A DNA stretch of 64,000 bases, taken from the NCBI GenBank assembly GCA_040954595.2, contig CM082592.2, forward strand, positions 4,976,735-5,040,734, in the 5' to 3' direction. Origin of the DNA: Balanoglossus misakiensis (Eukaryota > Animalia > Hemichordata). The notes beneath the pieces are model-generated. The model saw only the letters and a list, made by a program, of their open reading frames with translations, searched no databases and was not told where the DNA came from. Each line of letters begins with the position of its first letter. Positions within the stretch are counted from its first letter, which is position 1. Below, piece after piece: positions 24,017 to 43,342 of this stretch. The position numbers were made by a program, and so were the translations under genes.

Positions 24017-27000
24017 ATGGAGAGAACCGCAGTTTCTGTCGCGTTCGTGTTGCTCTTGATCTGTTCGTGTCACGCTGCCCCAGTTGAAGATGAAATTGTT
24101 AACGAGGACGACAGGGCAAAGAGGGCAGCTCCCCAGATTGGGCGTCCCCCCGAGATCACCCCGAATGTGAGTATAGGGTTACAGAGCATCCAACTCGCGA
24201 TCCTTGACACCGAGTGCATTTATTAAGTTGTTGTTGGAGGTGATTTATTATACTGCGTGAAGATACTTGTCTTTATTGGACGACGTTGCCCTTCCAAGTT
24301 TGCATCTGGGTGTCAAGGGTTAACCATTTAATACGAGGACGGGGCTGAAGGGAACTGTGAAAAAGTATGAGAAGTTTGTAGACATTTCAGCAAGAATATC
24401 ATTTTTGGGCACCGTCACATTATAACTTACCACTAACGGAAACGGGGACAGATTCCGCCTAAAATGTAGTTCAGGCAAATGATGGACAGAGAGCTTTTGA
24501 ACGTTTTGGTATATCAATCGAAATATTGCCCTCAAAGATCGCGGAAAAACATCAATCGAAGCCCTAAATAGCCAATGTAGGTCAACTTCAGAATCAGATT
24601 TAGCACAGTTGTCGTGACCCGTGACTGTCATACATACATGTACAGCGCTGGAGTGACACTTAAACAATGCTCGATTTACTGTCGTCCTACTTTAATACAT
24701 AAAAAACTTCAATGTCACTTTTCTATACGCCACTGCATATTGGACGCTCCTGACCCTACTAAAGGGTTGGTGGTGTGGCATCTACGGCGGAACCAGAGAG
24801 TAATAGTTGCCTGAAATGATGTAATAACACTCATCAACGTCTTACCGAAAATTCATCTCTCTGTTTTAGGATTATTTGGTGAAGTTCGGCTACCTTCCAC
24901 CTCCCGTACCGGGCAGGCAGTATGACCCAACGAGCAGGGCAGCTGCAATCAAGTATGTAAGATGAATTTTATTCTGAAAAGATGTCACCTATTATCAATG
25001 TCTCCATGAACTAGGTCATTGCAAGTAAAACGTGTCAGTTTGCCCGTCTGTCTGTCCGTCTGTCTGTCTGTCTGTCTGTCTGTCTGTTCTCGTTCGTCCC
25101 CACAGTTCAGTCTTTAGTTTGTAACTTCAACCGTTTTCTCAAAGCAAAACAAACGCACCCAAACATGCTTTATTTACATGGAAATCTAGAATACCACGAT
25201 GCCATGCAAGACATTTTACCAGTGGTACCCAGACGATAAGTTGACACCAGCCACGTAAAACGTCCTAACAGTTTCACGGCGTGCACGTGAAAAGCTGCGA
25301 AAATATGGTCTCCGGTTTCAAATGGTTGGCATGAATTCCTTGCAACATTATATTAATCGGAATGATTTCTAAAATAGTGCCTCACCTCTCTCTCCCTCTC
25401 ACTCCATCCCTCCCCTCTCTTTCTCTCTGAAGGAATTTTCAGAGAATGGCTGATATTCCCCAAACTGGAGAGGTGGACGAGAAAACGATGGAGATGATGA
25501 CGTCAGCTCGTTGCGGTGTGCCTGACATGGAAGGGTCGAATAGAATGGGCGTGAAAAAGCCTAAATTTCTAAAAACTGAATCTAAGCGTTATTCATCACA
25601 AGGTAAAGTAAATCGGTTATTTTACATGCCACATAATAGCCTGGTTAAGTGAATACATGTACATGTACTTGCTTTCAACCACACCCACTGATAGAGTCTG
25701 TCTGTCTGTCTGATTCTACGACAGAAACTCTTGATTTGCATCTGACAGCTATGTTACAAGTAAACGTTTACTACATTCAAGTCAATTAGTTAGAATATTG
25801 CCCTACCCGGCGGCGAGCTTTGAACACTGACTAACAAGCAGACGGTAACTATCGCCAACTCTCTTCTGTGTTGTAGGTTATAAGTGGAGCAAAAATGAGC
25901 TCACCTACAGATTCCTCAGCTACTCGCGTGACCTGAGCGAAGGCGAGACCCGCAGCGCCATCTACAGGGCATTCAACCTGTGGTCGGAGAATTCCAACCT
26001 GCGCTTTTCAGAAGTTACCGGTGGCGAAGCGGATATCATGATCGAGTTTGTGACCGGTGTTCACAGCGACGGCTACGGCGCCGCCTTCGATGGGCCAGGT
26101 AGGCCTAATAGCAGACCTTAATTTTATTATACATGTATCAATAAGCATACATATACTAGACTAAGTAGTTCAAAAACACCATATTGCTGGTGTGGGATGT
26201 TTTATAAGTAAGTTGCAACACAGGATGGACTGTGATATTAAAGAAAAAACGTTGGTGTGGTTGACTTAGACATGGCTAATAACAGCCTTAACCCGATTCA
26301 GACTCGTGAGTTTGGACCGCCTGAATTTTGGATGTCTGTGTCTTTCCAGGTGGTGTTTTGGCGCATGCGTACTACCCAGAAAATGGCGACGCTCACTTTG
26401 ATGATGACGAAACGTTTACGGTGTACAGAGACGATGGTACCAACCTGTTTATTGTCGCTGCCCACGAGTTTGGCCACAGTTTGGGCCTGGGTCACTCCGA
26501 CACCAGGGATGCGCTCATGTACCCGTGGTACCAGGGCTATGTCGAGAACTACCAGCTCCCCCAGGACGATATCTTAGGTATTCAGTATCTTTACGGTGAG
26601 TGCGCGCGGAGTAATACGTCTACTTGAAATGTCAGTGGACATAGAAACAAACCTCGCAAGGGAAACGAAACATCACCCACTTCAAAGCACAGGTGCTCGT
26701 GGACTTGTGCTGTCACAGGGGAGTTGTCCCCCCCCCCCCATTCGCTCTCGTAGCGTCTAAAACAGAACTCCTCTGTGACAGCACAAGTCCACGAGCACCT
26801 GTGCTTCAAAGCATGCCATTCCACCTATATCTCTACAAGTAGTTCCATCAAAGGATAGTTTCGTCTGATATTCAGTTTTTAAAATGGAACTTTGGCAACG
26901 TTAAACCTTTACAGGTCTGCCGGACACGAATCGTCCTGGCGAAGACGAGGAAGGAGGTGACGGCGGACTGAACCCTCCGGTTGATCCCGACCCAGAATTG

Positions 27001-28131
27001 CCAACAGCTTGTACTGATCCCTTCGATGCTATATTCATGGGTAATTACTATTATTAGCATTATTCATTTTGGATTTGGATTTTGGAACAAAATGAGTTCC
27101 CAAAACAGCCAAAAATGGAGTCTAAAACATCCAAAAACTGGTTGATGTGTAGAGTAAAACATTTGAACACAAATATTGAAAGATCGCCGGTTCGATACAA
27201 AATAGACGAAAGTTCACATTTTGTCGTCTGCCCACTCAAACATGGTATCGCGAATTCATTCCGTAGATATCTATAAAACAACCTACGCTCTTCGCGGGAA
27301 ATACATATGGCAGATCAACAGCCAAGGGGTAGAGGATGGATTTCCGCAGAGGCTGAAGACGATCTACAAGGGGGTGCCTGGCAACATCAACGCGGCCGTG
27401 ACGTCACACTGGACGCAAAGGACATATTTCTTTAAAGGTGTGTATTATAGGCTATAGTCAGTCAGTAAGTCAGTCAGTCTAAACAGTATTAAGGTTTACT
27501 GTTTTAAACGATTCGCCACATCTATAAGCCTTAGGCCGGGGCCTTAGGACAGAAAATAGTTGTGTACATGTATCACTGTCATTCGACACTATTTAACATT
27601 TGGTCGTAGAAATTCTGATAGACGCCATCAGAGGTTGGCGATGAATGGGGTGAAGAAGCACTCTGGAATTTACGTATTTGTTCTCACCAAATAGGCGAGA
27701 GATATTGGAGATTCTACGGAAAGTCTCTCGAGTCTGGCTATCCCAAGTATATCCAGGGCACTGGCCTGCCAAAGAACCCGGACGCAGCAATCGTCTGGGG
27801 CGGCAACGGCAAACTGTACATCTTCAAGGGCGCCCTGTACTACGAGTGGGACGAGTACAGCCAGCAAGTGGCCGACGGCTACCCGAAGAAGATCAAGACT
27901 CACTGGAAGGGAGTCCCGAGCAAGGTCGACGCGGCGTTCCAGTGGGAGAACGGGAAGACCTACTTCTTCCAAGGCGACAACTACTGGCGTTTCGACGACG
28001 CCGCGCTCAAGGTGGGCAGCGGGTATCCCAAATCCAAGGCCAAGAACTGGATGGGTTGCAGCGGAGCCAGCACTCCCGATAAACTCATTGAACGCCCTCT
28101 AACGAGAAGCGGTGGCGATGGCTCTGAGTAA
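24017..28131 (+). CDS. MMP-C: secreted matrix metalloproteinase, MMP19/MMP28-like, 534 aa, 8 coding exons
   Basis: Exons 24017-24166, 24870-24952, 25433-25602, 25877-26098, 26350-26595, 26915-27040, 27267-27437, 27695-28131 (1605 nt). Signal peptide; variant cysteine switch ARCGVPD; short loop [14 protein letters not shown]; [11 protein letters not shown]; acidic hinge; hemopexin closed by WMGC; no membrane anchor. The exon pattern (short prodomain exon ending AI[K/R], introns at FDGP|G and LY|G) matches my recollection of MMP19. Confidence 0.92.
26688..26803. mobile_element. 116-bp MITE with CACAGGTG termini and an 8-bp TSD (P- or hAT-type non-autonomous element) in MMP-C intron 5
   Basis: Arms of about 38 bp, CACAGGTGCTCGTGGACTTGTGCTGTCACAGGGGAGTT / AACTCCTCTGTGACAGCACAAGTCCACGAGCACCTGTG, with one mismatch. 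CTTCAAAG is directly repeated at 26680-26687 and 26804-26811. Confidence 0.88.
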
Positions 28132-29232
28132 TGGATGACAAGGACGAATTTAGTCACGTGCTGTGTTATCTTCACTCAGACGGTCATGGTAGAGTGACGT
28201 CTAATGTTCTGGAACACAATGGTGTTCTCCGTAAAAAGCAGTGAATTTACGTCATCTGATCCAATCTGATCTTGGAAAGCACAAAGATGACAAAGATATT
28301 TGAATTATAAGCGTTTAGCATTAGGAAAGACGACTTTCAAATTAACGAAAAGCGACAAAAAACTACTAACAGAGAATGTTAAATAACCTTCCTTCGATGT
28401 TTTATTCGTTCAGCAGAAACTGATTGTTCCTTAGAGGGCGAGTGGCCTGATTCTAGTGATTTGCATTTGAAAAGTCGTTTGTCATTCCTTGAATAGGTAC
28501 CTGTGTCGAGCTCACTTCAAAACAATCTCGTTTTGATTGTTGTGCAATGGTGTCCATAAACCGGGTAATTTCTTCCAATTAAAGCTTAAACAATAAAGGA
28601 ATAAACGTAGTCGACCTGACGTTTACTTGAAAAGGCCTAATCATTTACGGGTGTCTTTCGTTTATCACATCGGTGAAGAGAAGCCATGTTTTTTTTGTTA
28701 TTACTGACCGAAAGAAGTCAATGACCGCTCTTTAGTTATACATTTGTACATTGAGGGTGCCGCTGCTACAGTCGGAAGAAGAAGCCGATTATCTTTCGAG
28801 CACAAATTTCAAGTTTGAACGAATTAAATACTAGGCTGTCGAGGGCAGTTTGCGCTGTTAGGTCTGCAGTGCTATTCTGCAAAACTATGAAAAGCTGTTT
28901 CATACAACTACTATAGAATAAGAACTGGAATTCGACCTTCCTCATATCAAAGCGTACATTCTTCTTCGTCGTCGTCGTATATTTACATTTTCCTGTTTGT
29001 CAAAGTTGGGAAGTGCGGAAAAAAACAGGAAGTTCTTGTAGGAGAGGGGATGTATCCCGGGACAATGGATTTCGTTTACTCATGCGCGCGTTTTAATTAC
29101 CCACGGTCCCTGAACGTGCATTCGTAATCAGGTATTCCACAGGGGGCGTCATTCAGGTGCATGACGTCTTGCATTGAAAGTCAGTGAGTGCGTTAACGTT
29201 GGTGCAAGTCCAACGCCACTAGCAAGCGCAAC

Positions 29233-34189
<4,957 letters not shown>

Positions 34190-35593
34190 TTGTCGAAGAT
34201 GGGCTGGATTCGACTCTTAACAAGGCGAAGGTGGTTTCACTCGCTGTAAATCTAGCTTGCCCAATTTCTTGAAGTTAGTATCGCATTTATTACCTCGACT
34301 TTTGCGATTGTGATCGTGTGCAAATCTTATTATCAAAGGGGAATTGTGATTCACTACAATTAATTACTTGTAATCACGTGATTGATTTATTAAGAGACGA
34401 CCGAATACTAATTGTATAGTGTACTTAAATAACTAACAACATTTTGTTTGCGGTAGTTCAAAAATGTGATATTAACAGAATAAATCGTCATTGAGCTTTT
34501 CAATCTGTTCGTTTTACTTTCAATAACTGTATGAAAATAAAAAGAAGCGTTCGTTAACTGTAGAAACATCGGTCTGAATGCGCTGGTCACAGGGCCCCGA
34601 CAGGTTGCAATGGTCTCGCCCCTGGGTTCTTGTCTTGGTCGTAAGCATTTGGCAAGGCAGCATATCGTCAGCGGGAGTATCGGTTCAAGCTGAGGTCCCC
34701 CCCCCCCTTTCCCTTTGTGTCGTCGTTCTTCAAAAAGTGCTTCAAGAACCCACCTTGAACAGTTTCAAAAATGTCCGAGATTCTCTTGGGAAACACCGTA
34801 GCCAATGCAGTTGTGATTGGCGTTCAGAAACCTTGGAACCCGCCCAGACGAAACTTTCTTGGTTGCCTTACATTCTGTGATAACGAAATGGCCTATCCCC
34901 TGGGACATGCCCGCCAACATGCCGCTCGGTCACCACTTGCCGGTCGTCAGCGTATCACGAATCTTTCTTTGACCATTTTAGCTGTTTGTCGTCACGACTG
35001 TACGCTCTGTTCCTTCGGCGAGGCCGAACCACAGACTGTTAATATCGCCAAAGATAAGTGTAATTGCACACCATTAGTACACTGTATATCATTTAGCTTC
35101 AAGCACCAAATGTCAAGAGTTTGTAGTTTCAAATGTTTATCGTGCGGATTTAAATTGAAGATGGGGAAAGATTTGATTATGCAGCGATTTAAGCCTACTC
35201 ATTTCATGTCATGGTGTTTCGTATCACACGCCACTTTGAAGGGATCACGTATGTAATTGTGGTACACGAATAGTGATAAGAAAACACTTTTCTACCAGTT
35301 TCATTGCTAAGGTCACCTCAACTTTAGCTCGGGTGCGGTGATTGATGGATTAAGGTGACATTGAAAACTTGACCTTTCCCGAAGCCCAATTATCGAATAT
35401 CCGGGGACTGAGATTGGGTTGCATCGCAATTTAACGCCAATCGAGGTCTGCGCAGCATATATATGGGAGATAATGTGTTTGTAACTTCAAGTCTCAGACC
35501 ATTGTGGTCTAAAAATATTGCCTCTGTTCCCAAACCTGTCCTGCACGCGCGCAGACGACACAGCAGACGACACTTTGTGACTTCATACTCGAC

Positions 35594-38500
35594 ATGGAGA
35601 AGTTTGCGGCTACCCTGCTGTTCATGTTATTTGCTTTGGTTAAACCAGCTTCATCTGAAATTGGTGGAGAAAGCGTTGAAAACAGCAAAGAAGGAAGACC
35701 AGGTCTTTCTAGGAGTCGACGGCCTCAAGCAGTCGATGCAGACGTGAGTATGCTCTAGTTCTTGCTAACTGATCAGTCAACGTGTGTAAATCGCCGACAT
35801 GCGGTATCTGTATTCAGTCGAATGTGTGTATTTTTGAAAGTTGTGATTCGAATGTCAAAGAATATAAACTATATAATACTACATGTACCAGCGATTTTCA
35901 CGTCCAATTAAGCGGCTAGTTCATATTGAGCACATCATTGCAAAGAATTCTAAAACTCATGTCATATTGTGATTTGTTCCGTAACAGATATATCATAAAG
36001 ATAGATTCTGGGTACGTATAAAACTTGGAGTGTACTCGGATGGTGTGATCTTGTTATCTGTTATACATAGTTAGCAAGCGCAAGATAGACCCAAACCTTT
36101 CTGCTTCTTTGAAAAGTAATTGGGTTTGGCATTTATCCGTAGACCCAAGGGTCTATGATTACTCACACCAATTTTGCATGCCTCACCTGAGGGATAAAGA
36201 AATCCTTCTGTGTTATAGTAAATGGTCAGAAATCCTTGGAAACCGGAGAACGGGATTCAGACGTCGTGGACGGCTGGGGCTGCCGTCTTCCGAGCTTCCG
36301 GAGAAAAGACAGATAAATACCGGGATCGATTTAAGACAAATTATAAGCCGAAGGTCATCGAGCAAACAATCGGCATGATGGCGATCATTAAATGGGAGGA
36401 GACGGATAGTAATTTTCGGCGGGTCAAGTACAGGGCGCGCGCAAGGCTGGGAACGTTGTCATGGCGGAAACGGATTCTTACCTAAAGGCTATTTTCATCA
36501 AAACACGATTCAAATTCTGCGGCCAAAATCACCAGTAAAACTACTGACGATGCGAAGTTTCTGACAATTTTTCATTTGAAGTCATTCTTGTTGTGAAATG
36601 AAATGATTTTGTTGTCCAGGGTTTCAGTCAGAGAGAGTCGGTCAAAACCAATCGCCATATTTTTAGCCGCTAGTAGTTTCTTTCTGCCTCCATCTTGCAG
36701 GACTATCTGACAACGTTCGGTTACCTATCGCCACCGTTACCAGGGACTCAATACGACGAAGCGAGCAGGACAGTTGCGATTAAGTAAGTTGATTTTAAAA
36801 AGAATGATCGTGTGTGTACTGTTGTTCTTTTAATTGTTTTGCCTCACTTTCCTTGTCTTTTTGTTGCTTTAAAAATATCGATACGGACACCACACACCGG
36901 AAACGAATACCTTTCGTTTGTTTGTTTGTTTTTTCGATAGAAATTTCCAGAAAATGGCTGCCATCCCGCAAACTGGCAGAATTGACAGAGCAACGAGGAA
37001 GACGATGATGTCACCTCGTTGCGGAGTCCCCGATAACATCGACTCGGTAACGCCCGACTCCGGAATGACTAACCACCGAAGCAGGTCAAAACGGTACAGC
37101 CTTAAAGGTTTGTGGACTTGAATGAATATTCCCATCTTCTGGAAATGAACTTTCAAATCAGTGTGGACTAGCTGTGGATATATTTTCTGACATAAAAGTT
37201 TGACTATTTTTCGGCGTTTTCTTATGTGTATTTACTTCGGTTTCTTGTTATTGACAGTGTCAATGCTGATAAGAATTTATATAAACATTCCGGCCAAGAA
37301 TCCACGTCTTATCCTTTTTCGGGGAAAGGTCTTCTCCAACTGTATCTCATCGCCAAAGTCAGAAAGAAAAGAAAGTATTTTTAACCTGTTTATTGACCTT
37401 GCGTCGAATATCAAGGTGTAAATTAATTACCCGTATAGCAAATAATGATTGACCTTGTTGAAAGGGGTCGAGGTATTGATCCCAGGATCGAATTCCTTCG
37501 AAATTGCAAGGGGGCTGATGAGTCAGAAATACTTTTACCATTGACATTGAAAAACAGTAACCAAAACGAAAAATGAATGTAACGTAATCAAATTTAATTT
37601 CAAAGCCAGGTGTCGGGTCCTATATTTCAAAACATTGCATCAAATCGTACACACCTTCATTCGAGATCGTCGATAAAATATGCAAAAAGTGCTATGCGCA
37701 GACTCGTATATGCACAACTTGAAATAAGAGCCCGGATGTTTATGGTCTCATATTAACAGTTAGGGTTAGGGCTTGGTCTGGTTGTGGTTTCATGACTGTT
37801 TTATGACGGATTAGGGTTTAGGGTTAGGGTGAGGAAGTGTCCAGTCCGGTATACAGACTTACAGGTGTACTAAAACCACGTTCACGTCGTAAATCTATTA
37901 GTCTCTTGACATGGACAGTAACACCGTTTCTATATTACCATACCAGGGAGAAAATGGAACAAGAACCACCTGACGTACAGATTCCTCAACTTCACCGACG
38001 ATTTGCCGGAGGAGGAAGTGCGCAGCGCCATCTCGCGGGCATTCAAGCTGTGGTCGGACGTTTCACCGTTGACATTTGCGGAGATCGCATCCGGGACACC
38101 GGATATCATGATCGAGTTTGCCACCGGGATGCACGGTGACGGGAAAAGGTCCGCTTTCGATGGACCAGGTATGATGATAGACATATAATACAATATAAGG
38201 CACAGGTGGCTAGCTGTCATTGGTCGTTCTTAGGGATAACCAATGACCTCAGCCACCTGTGATATTAGGCACCCGAATCTTTTCAGACAACCTCATTCAA
38301 AGTATGTGAGGCGATAATGGAAATCTGCATTTCCCCCTCAAATCTGCATAATTAACACTTTTTGTCTCTTTAAATAGTTCAAACTTCATTCTCGCTTTGT
38401 TTGCGTTGAAGGACGAATTTTGGCCCACGCCTTCTTCCCAAAGAACGGCGACGCTCACTTCGACGACGACGAACTCTTCACGGTGCACAAGGGCAAAAAG

Positions 38501-39204
38501 GGCAGCAGGAACCTGTTTGCCATCGCCGCCCATGAGTTCGGCCACAGCCTGGGTCTGGGCCATTCTCGCGCCAACGGCTCCCTGATGTACCCGCTGTACC
38601 AGGGACATGTTCCCGCCGACTACCAGCTCCCGCGGGACGACGTTCTGGGAATTCAGGCGATTTACGGTAAGTGGTCAGCTAGTTTAAAACAATTGCTTTC
38701 GGCGAGTCTCAGAACAAATGTGTGAAGTTTTGTTGATGTGACATGACGTGATGTGATGTGATGTGATAGATTGCCTCAGATTGTCTCTACATCGAAACAA
38801 CAGGATGTACATTGCGTTGACATATGGTGCAACAATGTGTTCAACATAGGTAGTCTTTTATTCTTTTCGCTGGTTTTCAAAGTACTAGTAAATATATCAA
38901 CATATTTGTTTCCTATGTCCCCGTCATTTCCAGGTAAACCCAAACGCCATCGCACGACTGAAAATGACAAACGAAAGGATCGACAAGGAGGAAAAAGTAG
39001 ACAATCGTCGCGCAAGGCTAACCTTAATTCATTGACAGTCTGCACCGAACCCTTTGACGCTGTATTCTCCGGTAAGACCTAATTATTCAAGTGCAAAATT
39101 CTGGAACTTTGTCTTCTAGTCCGGAAGTAATTCATACGATTGAATAACAAGAAAGTTTAATGCTTTCAATCCGTTTTCGTGGTGAGAGCGAAAGAGAGAG
39201 AGAG

Positions 39205-39238
<34 letters not shown>

Positions 39239-40175
39239 GGAGACAGAGAAAGAGAGAGGATATAAGGAAGAGCGAGAGAGAGAGAAAGGGGGAGGGAGTG
39301 GGAGAGGAAGAACGAGAAAGAGAGGGGAGAGAGATTGAGAGAAGACTGGAGAGAGAAGACAGACAGACAGACAGACAGACAGACAGGAGTACATTTCAAT
39401 GTTTACACTGTTTAAAGAAGTCCTACAATGACGGACATGTTTTTCATATTTTTCATTCAAAGACAACGATGAAAACATATTTGCTGTCAGCGGAATGAAC
39501 ATCTGGCGAATGAATAGCCACGGAGTTATTGACGGATTTCCAACGAGAATCAAAACTACATTCAAAGGCATTCCGGGCAACGTCGATGCCGCAGTGACGT
39601 CCAATAAGACAAAGATGACGTATTTCTTTAAAGGTGGGATGTTGACACCAACACATTTTACGGTGATTACTCGGAATACATCATGTTGCTAGCATAAAGA
39701 AGGAAAAATACTAACGCGTGTTCTCTCAGGACCAATTCCATTATAAACTGAGGTGCCATTCACGGAGTTAATAAAAACACCTTTTCCCTCTTTCCCAGGC
39801 GAAAGATATTGGAAATACAACGGACGAAAACTTCAGCCAAGCTACCCGAAAAAGCTCAGGAGAGCTGGTCTCCCGAAGAATCTAGACGCAGCCTTAGAAT
39901 GGAGCGGCGACGGCAAGATCTACATCTTCAAGGGTGCCAAGTACTACGAGTGGGACGAGAACGCCGAGCGAGTTGCCGAAGGTTTCCCGAAGAAGATCGA
40001 ATCCTTTTGGAAAGGAGTGCCGAGCGGGCTCGATGCAGCTCTCAGCTGGAAAGGAGGCAAAACCTTTTTCTTCAGAAGAAATAAATACTGGCGCTTCGAC
40101 GATTCTAAAGTAGAAATTGATGAAGAATATCCTAAATTGAAAGAAACGAGCTGGATGCATTGCGGGGGGTCGTGA
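35594..40175 (+). CDS. MMP-E: secreted, basic matrix metalloproteinase, MMP19/MMP28-like, 520 aa, 8 coding exons
   Basis: Exons 35594-35743, 36701-36783, 36941-37107, 37947-38168, 38412-38666, 38934-39071, 39463-39633, 39799-40175 (1563 nt). Signal peptide, PRCGVPD, RSRSKR|Y furin site, [29 protein letters not shown], Lys/Arg-rich hinge, hemopexin ending WMHCGGS*. Confidence 0.9.
38201..38261. mobile_element. 61-bp hairpin MITE with CACAGGTG termini and an 8-bp TSD (1 mismatch) in MMP-E intron 4
   Basis: CACAGGTGGCT..GTCATTGG / CCAATGAC..AGCCACCTGTG; flanks ATATAAGG (38193-38200) and ATATTAGG (38262-38269). Confidence 0.72.
39184..39385. repeat. GA-rich / (GACA)n low-complexity tract in MMP-E intron 6
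   Basis: Purine-rich imperfect (GA)n followed by (AGAC)n. Confidence 0.9.
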
Positions 40176-43100
40176 TCTGCGGACGTGCACCGCGCCCTCT
40201 ATCAACACAGTTGACATTTTCCACAAGAACGTGTGAATGTAGTAACATTACTCAAAATTGTACCGTTGAGGGGGGGGGAGAGATTTTCAGAGTAATCCAA
40301 ACCTATCCACTTTTTTTGCAAGCGATCATTTGGAAAGCTAAAAAGAACTTTTTCCAAAAATGGAAATAAACATTTTGGTATACTTGTTTAAAGTATTCGC
40401 AATATAGAGATGATTTGTTTCTCCAGACTTATGAGAAAACGAAATCATGGAAATGCAGTCCCGATTGCTTTCTTTTCTTTCATAGGAAATATTGTAAAGT
40501 TTACACCTTGTTCTAGGGGAAGGGTCACATTTTAGAATTGGACATTTGACAAAAAATGTCTGAGTTCATCAGTAGGATCACAATAAGTTGTTATTGTGCA
40601 CCAGACTCAACTAAGGAGGATCATCTGCCACTTTCAGAGATTAATGCTGATCCGATTACTCAGAGTGAACGTTGCATCACACAAATCTTAAATACAATAC
40701 AAAAGTACAAAGAATGTCATTGAAGCTGCGTCGATGTCTCCAGTCTTCTACTATTCAGTCTCCTTCATCGGAACACTAGCTTGCTGGCCCTAACATGTCG
40801 AGTGGGCACCATGTTCACCAAATAGTGTAATAGTTATCCCACGTACCCCTGCCACCATTGACAGTATTGGGCATATGGCAGTCCATTATACTAGTATGTG
40901 TCTCTGGGCTATCTTCGACTTCTTCAATGTTTTACTTGGTATTTTTTAGAGCAAAAGTGCACGATTTTTTTGTTTAACGTTGTCTTCTCACTATGGCCCA
41001 ATGCGTCCAAGTACAAAAAATTGGTAATTTGTACGCCACCGCCTTTCTCGATGCACGTAAGTTAAAACGACGACTTTTGATAGTTTATGCTGATTACGAT
41101 GACTACCCTGGTTATTTTATTTAACTATTTGATAATATAACTTAAATTGATAGAGCAATAAAATCAATTTGTGTAAATAATTACTTCTAATACGTTTGTA
41201 TTGTAACATTCTCTTTCGCGTCTTTCTCATTCAAACGTTGGCCCCATTTTTGTTGTTTAAAATCTACAATGCGCTGGGGGCATAATTTATCTTCGAGGGG
41301 GTATTGTCTGGTTGTGGAGAAGATGCGCGTCGAAGTGATTAAAGTTAATCTTCAGAGAATCGGGACACATTCCAGTCCGCCTCTAATAAAATGAACATGT
41401 CCGAACAAGAAATTGTTTTTTAAGGGTGCCATAAAATCGCTTTTAATGAGTCGTGACAATTTCTGAGGTGTAATCCTATTGTCTAATGGTATCTATCGTG
41501 TTTCTGCACGCATTCGTCGCTGCACCATGCAACTCAGTGGGTATAGCCGCGATTAGGGCCCTGGGGATTAGGGAAGCAGGGCTCCCGCGGGGCAGTCCTT
41601 ATAGTACACGGTCAGGTTTCGCAACGTCGCTAAATACTTGTCAACTTTATCATTTGCTTCGTTGGACCTCATTCAACTGGACGAATTGTGAAACCTATAA
41701 ATAGAGGAGATGGGGGATTGAGCTAACGCCCTGAACTTGACTGGCCCTGAGTTACTAGTAAAGGTGTTCGTTCTAATACAATATATCCCAAAATCCATTT
41801 CTCACCAGTTCGCCGCGAACTTTTGTGGCCTTGAGTTCAGAGAGCTCACTCACGACCGATTTTCTCGATAGAAATTTCACTTTGTCAGTAAGTATATGAA
41901 ATTCAAAAATGCAAACACAAAAATAAAACATGAGAATTTTATGAACCTTCAGTCTCCACCACGTCATTTTCATGTTGATCGATCCCTTACGTAGCATTTA
42001 GATAAATTGTCTGCGGAGGACTCTTTCTACCGCTGCTCTCTTACATGTTTATTTCAATATACTAGTAGTACGTGTAGCTAGAATGTCGAACATGTGCTTA
42101 TCTGAAGTGGCATACGTATACACAGTCCTCCTTTAGATACACGTAAACAAACGAAAAGCATAAACATCACGTTTAGCCTTGCATAGAATAAAGCGATGTG
42201 ATTATTTTCAGTGGAAATGTGACCATGACCATGATGACGTTCACATTCATTCAAAACAGTAAAACGAGTCAAAAAGGAACATAGTCAACACCGATTGTTT
42301 AAATTGAGTCTCAATGATCAGGTATAAATAGTAATTTGACTCGTGTAGTATTGGTAAGCCGTTGTGTATAATTGTCAATGAATGGTGGTTATGGTTAAAA
42401 AATTGAAAATATAATGCTTAATGCTGAAAATCAACCTGAATCATATTGAAATGATCAGTACTGAAATATAGGGCGTTTTGTACGAGGCTCTAAGACGGGT
42501 TGAGGAGGAAGGGGCCCAAAGAAATAGGTTGAACCCCGCATGAAGCAATTTATTTTCATCCCATCGTAGATATCTCAAGCCAGCGCGGCCGCGGTCAAGT
42601 TCTCACCCAAAGTTCCCGATGGGTGAAGGACATGAAGGGACGGGCTCACCGACGTCACTCCAGCTCTACGCGTCAGCGAAACGATTAAACGCTTGATAAG
42701 TTAAAAATAAAGAACTTTCTATTCAATTTCGAGTCTATTGTACTTTCTTTCATCTTTCGTATACTTACTTCTACGCATGCACGCACTGTCTCGACTTGCT
42801 CTAGATATATATATTGCTATATATAGGCATGACAAAACAACAAAAGCTGGTACAAACAAAAACAACAATGCCTAGACGTCTATATAGCAACTTACTTTAA
42901 CATAGAGGGCGCAAGGATCGGGAGACGCCCACATGTCGACGTGATTCCCTCAACGTTTAAAGAGAATTTTCATGAGATTTGTTATAGCGTTAACTGCATA
43001 AGGGCATAAATTTAATTACGTCTATTGATTCATTACCGCTCTACCCTCATAATCGGCGATTTAAACTTGAAGAATAATTAATTAGGTGATCAACTCCGAT

Positions 43101-43342
43101 TAAGCTGTTCCAACCTCTGCATGAATGGTACCGTCCTCTACCAGCTGGGTAGGTCTACCGATAGATGTGTAGCATAAGCGAACGATCGTGTGTATATGTA
43201 GGTTGTTGTTTTTGTTGAGAAGCGTGTGTGTTTCTTGGCTTCGATTCGGCGTCTTTGATAATTAACGAGACGTTCACAAGTCAGAGTGACAGAATCATCG
43301 ATATATTTCACTACTCCTCCGCACGGCGGCTGATCGCCCAGG

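Noticed and set aside
25500-25530. Possibility that MMP-C is a pseudogene because of its altered cysteine switch
   Set aside because: All eight exons are in frame with canonical splice sites, and the switch Cys, zinc motif and hemopexin cysteines are intact.
37490-37560. CTGATGA-GTCA...TGAC-att-GAAA, a hammerhead-like core
   Set aside because: GAAA does not follow stem II directly, and stems I and III cannot be paired.
37760-37830. TTAGGG-like repeats in MMP-E intron 3
   Set aside because: Only about five scattered, imperfect units, too few to call an interstitial telomere or fusion site.
39116-39604. ORFs rich in ER or SL repeats (also 12376-13047)
   Set aside because: They are translations of intronic (GA)n/(CT)n microsatellites.
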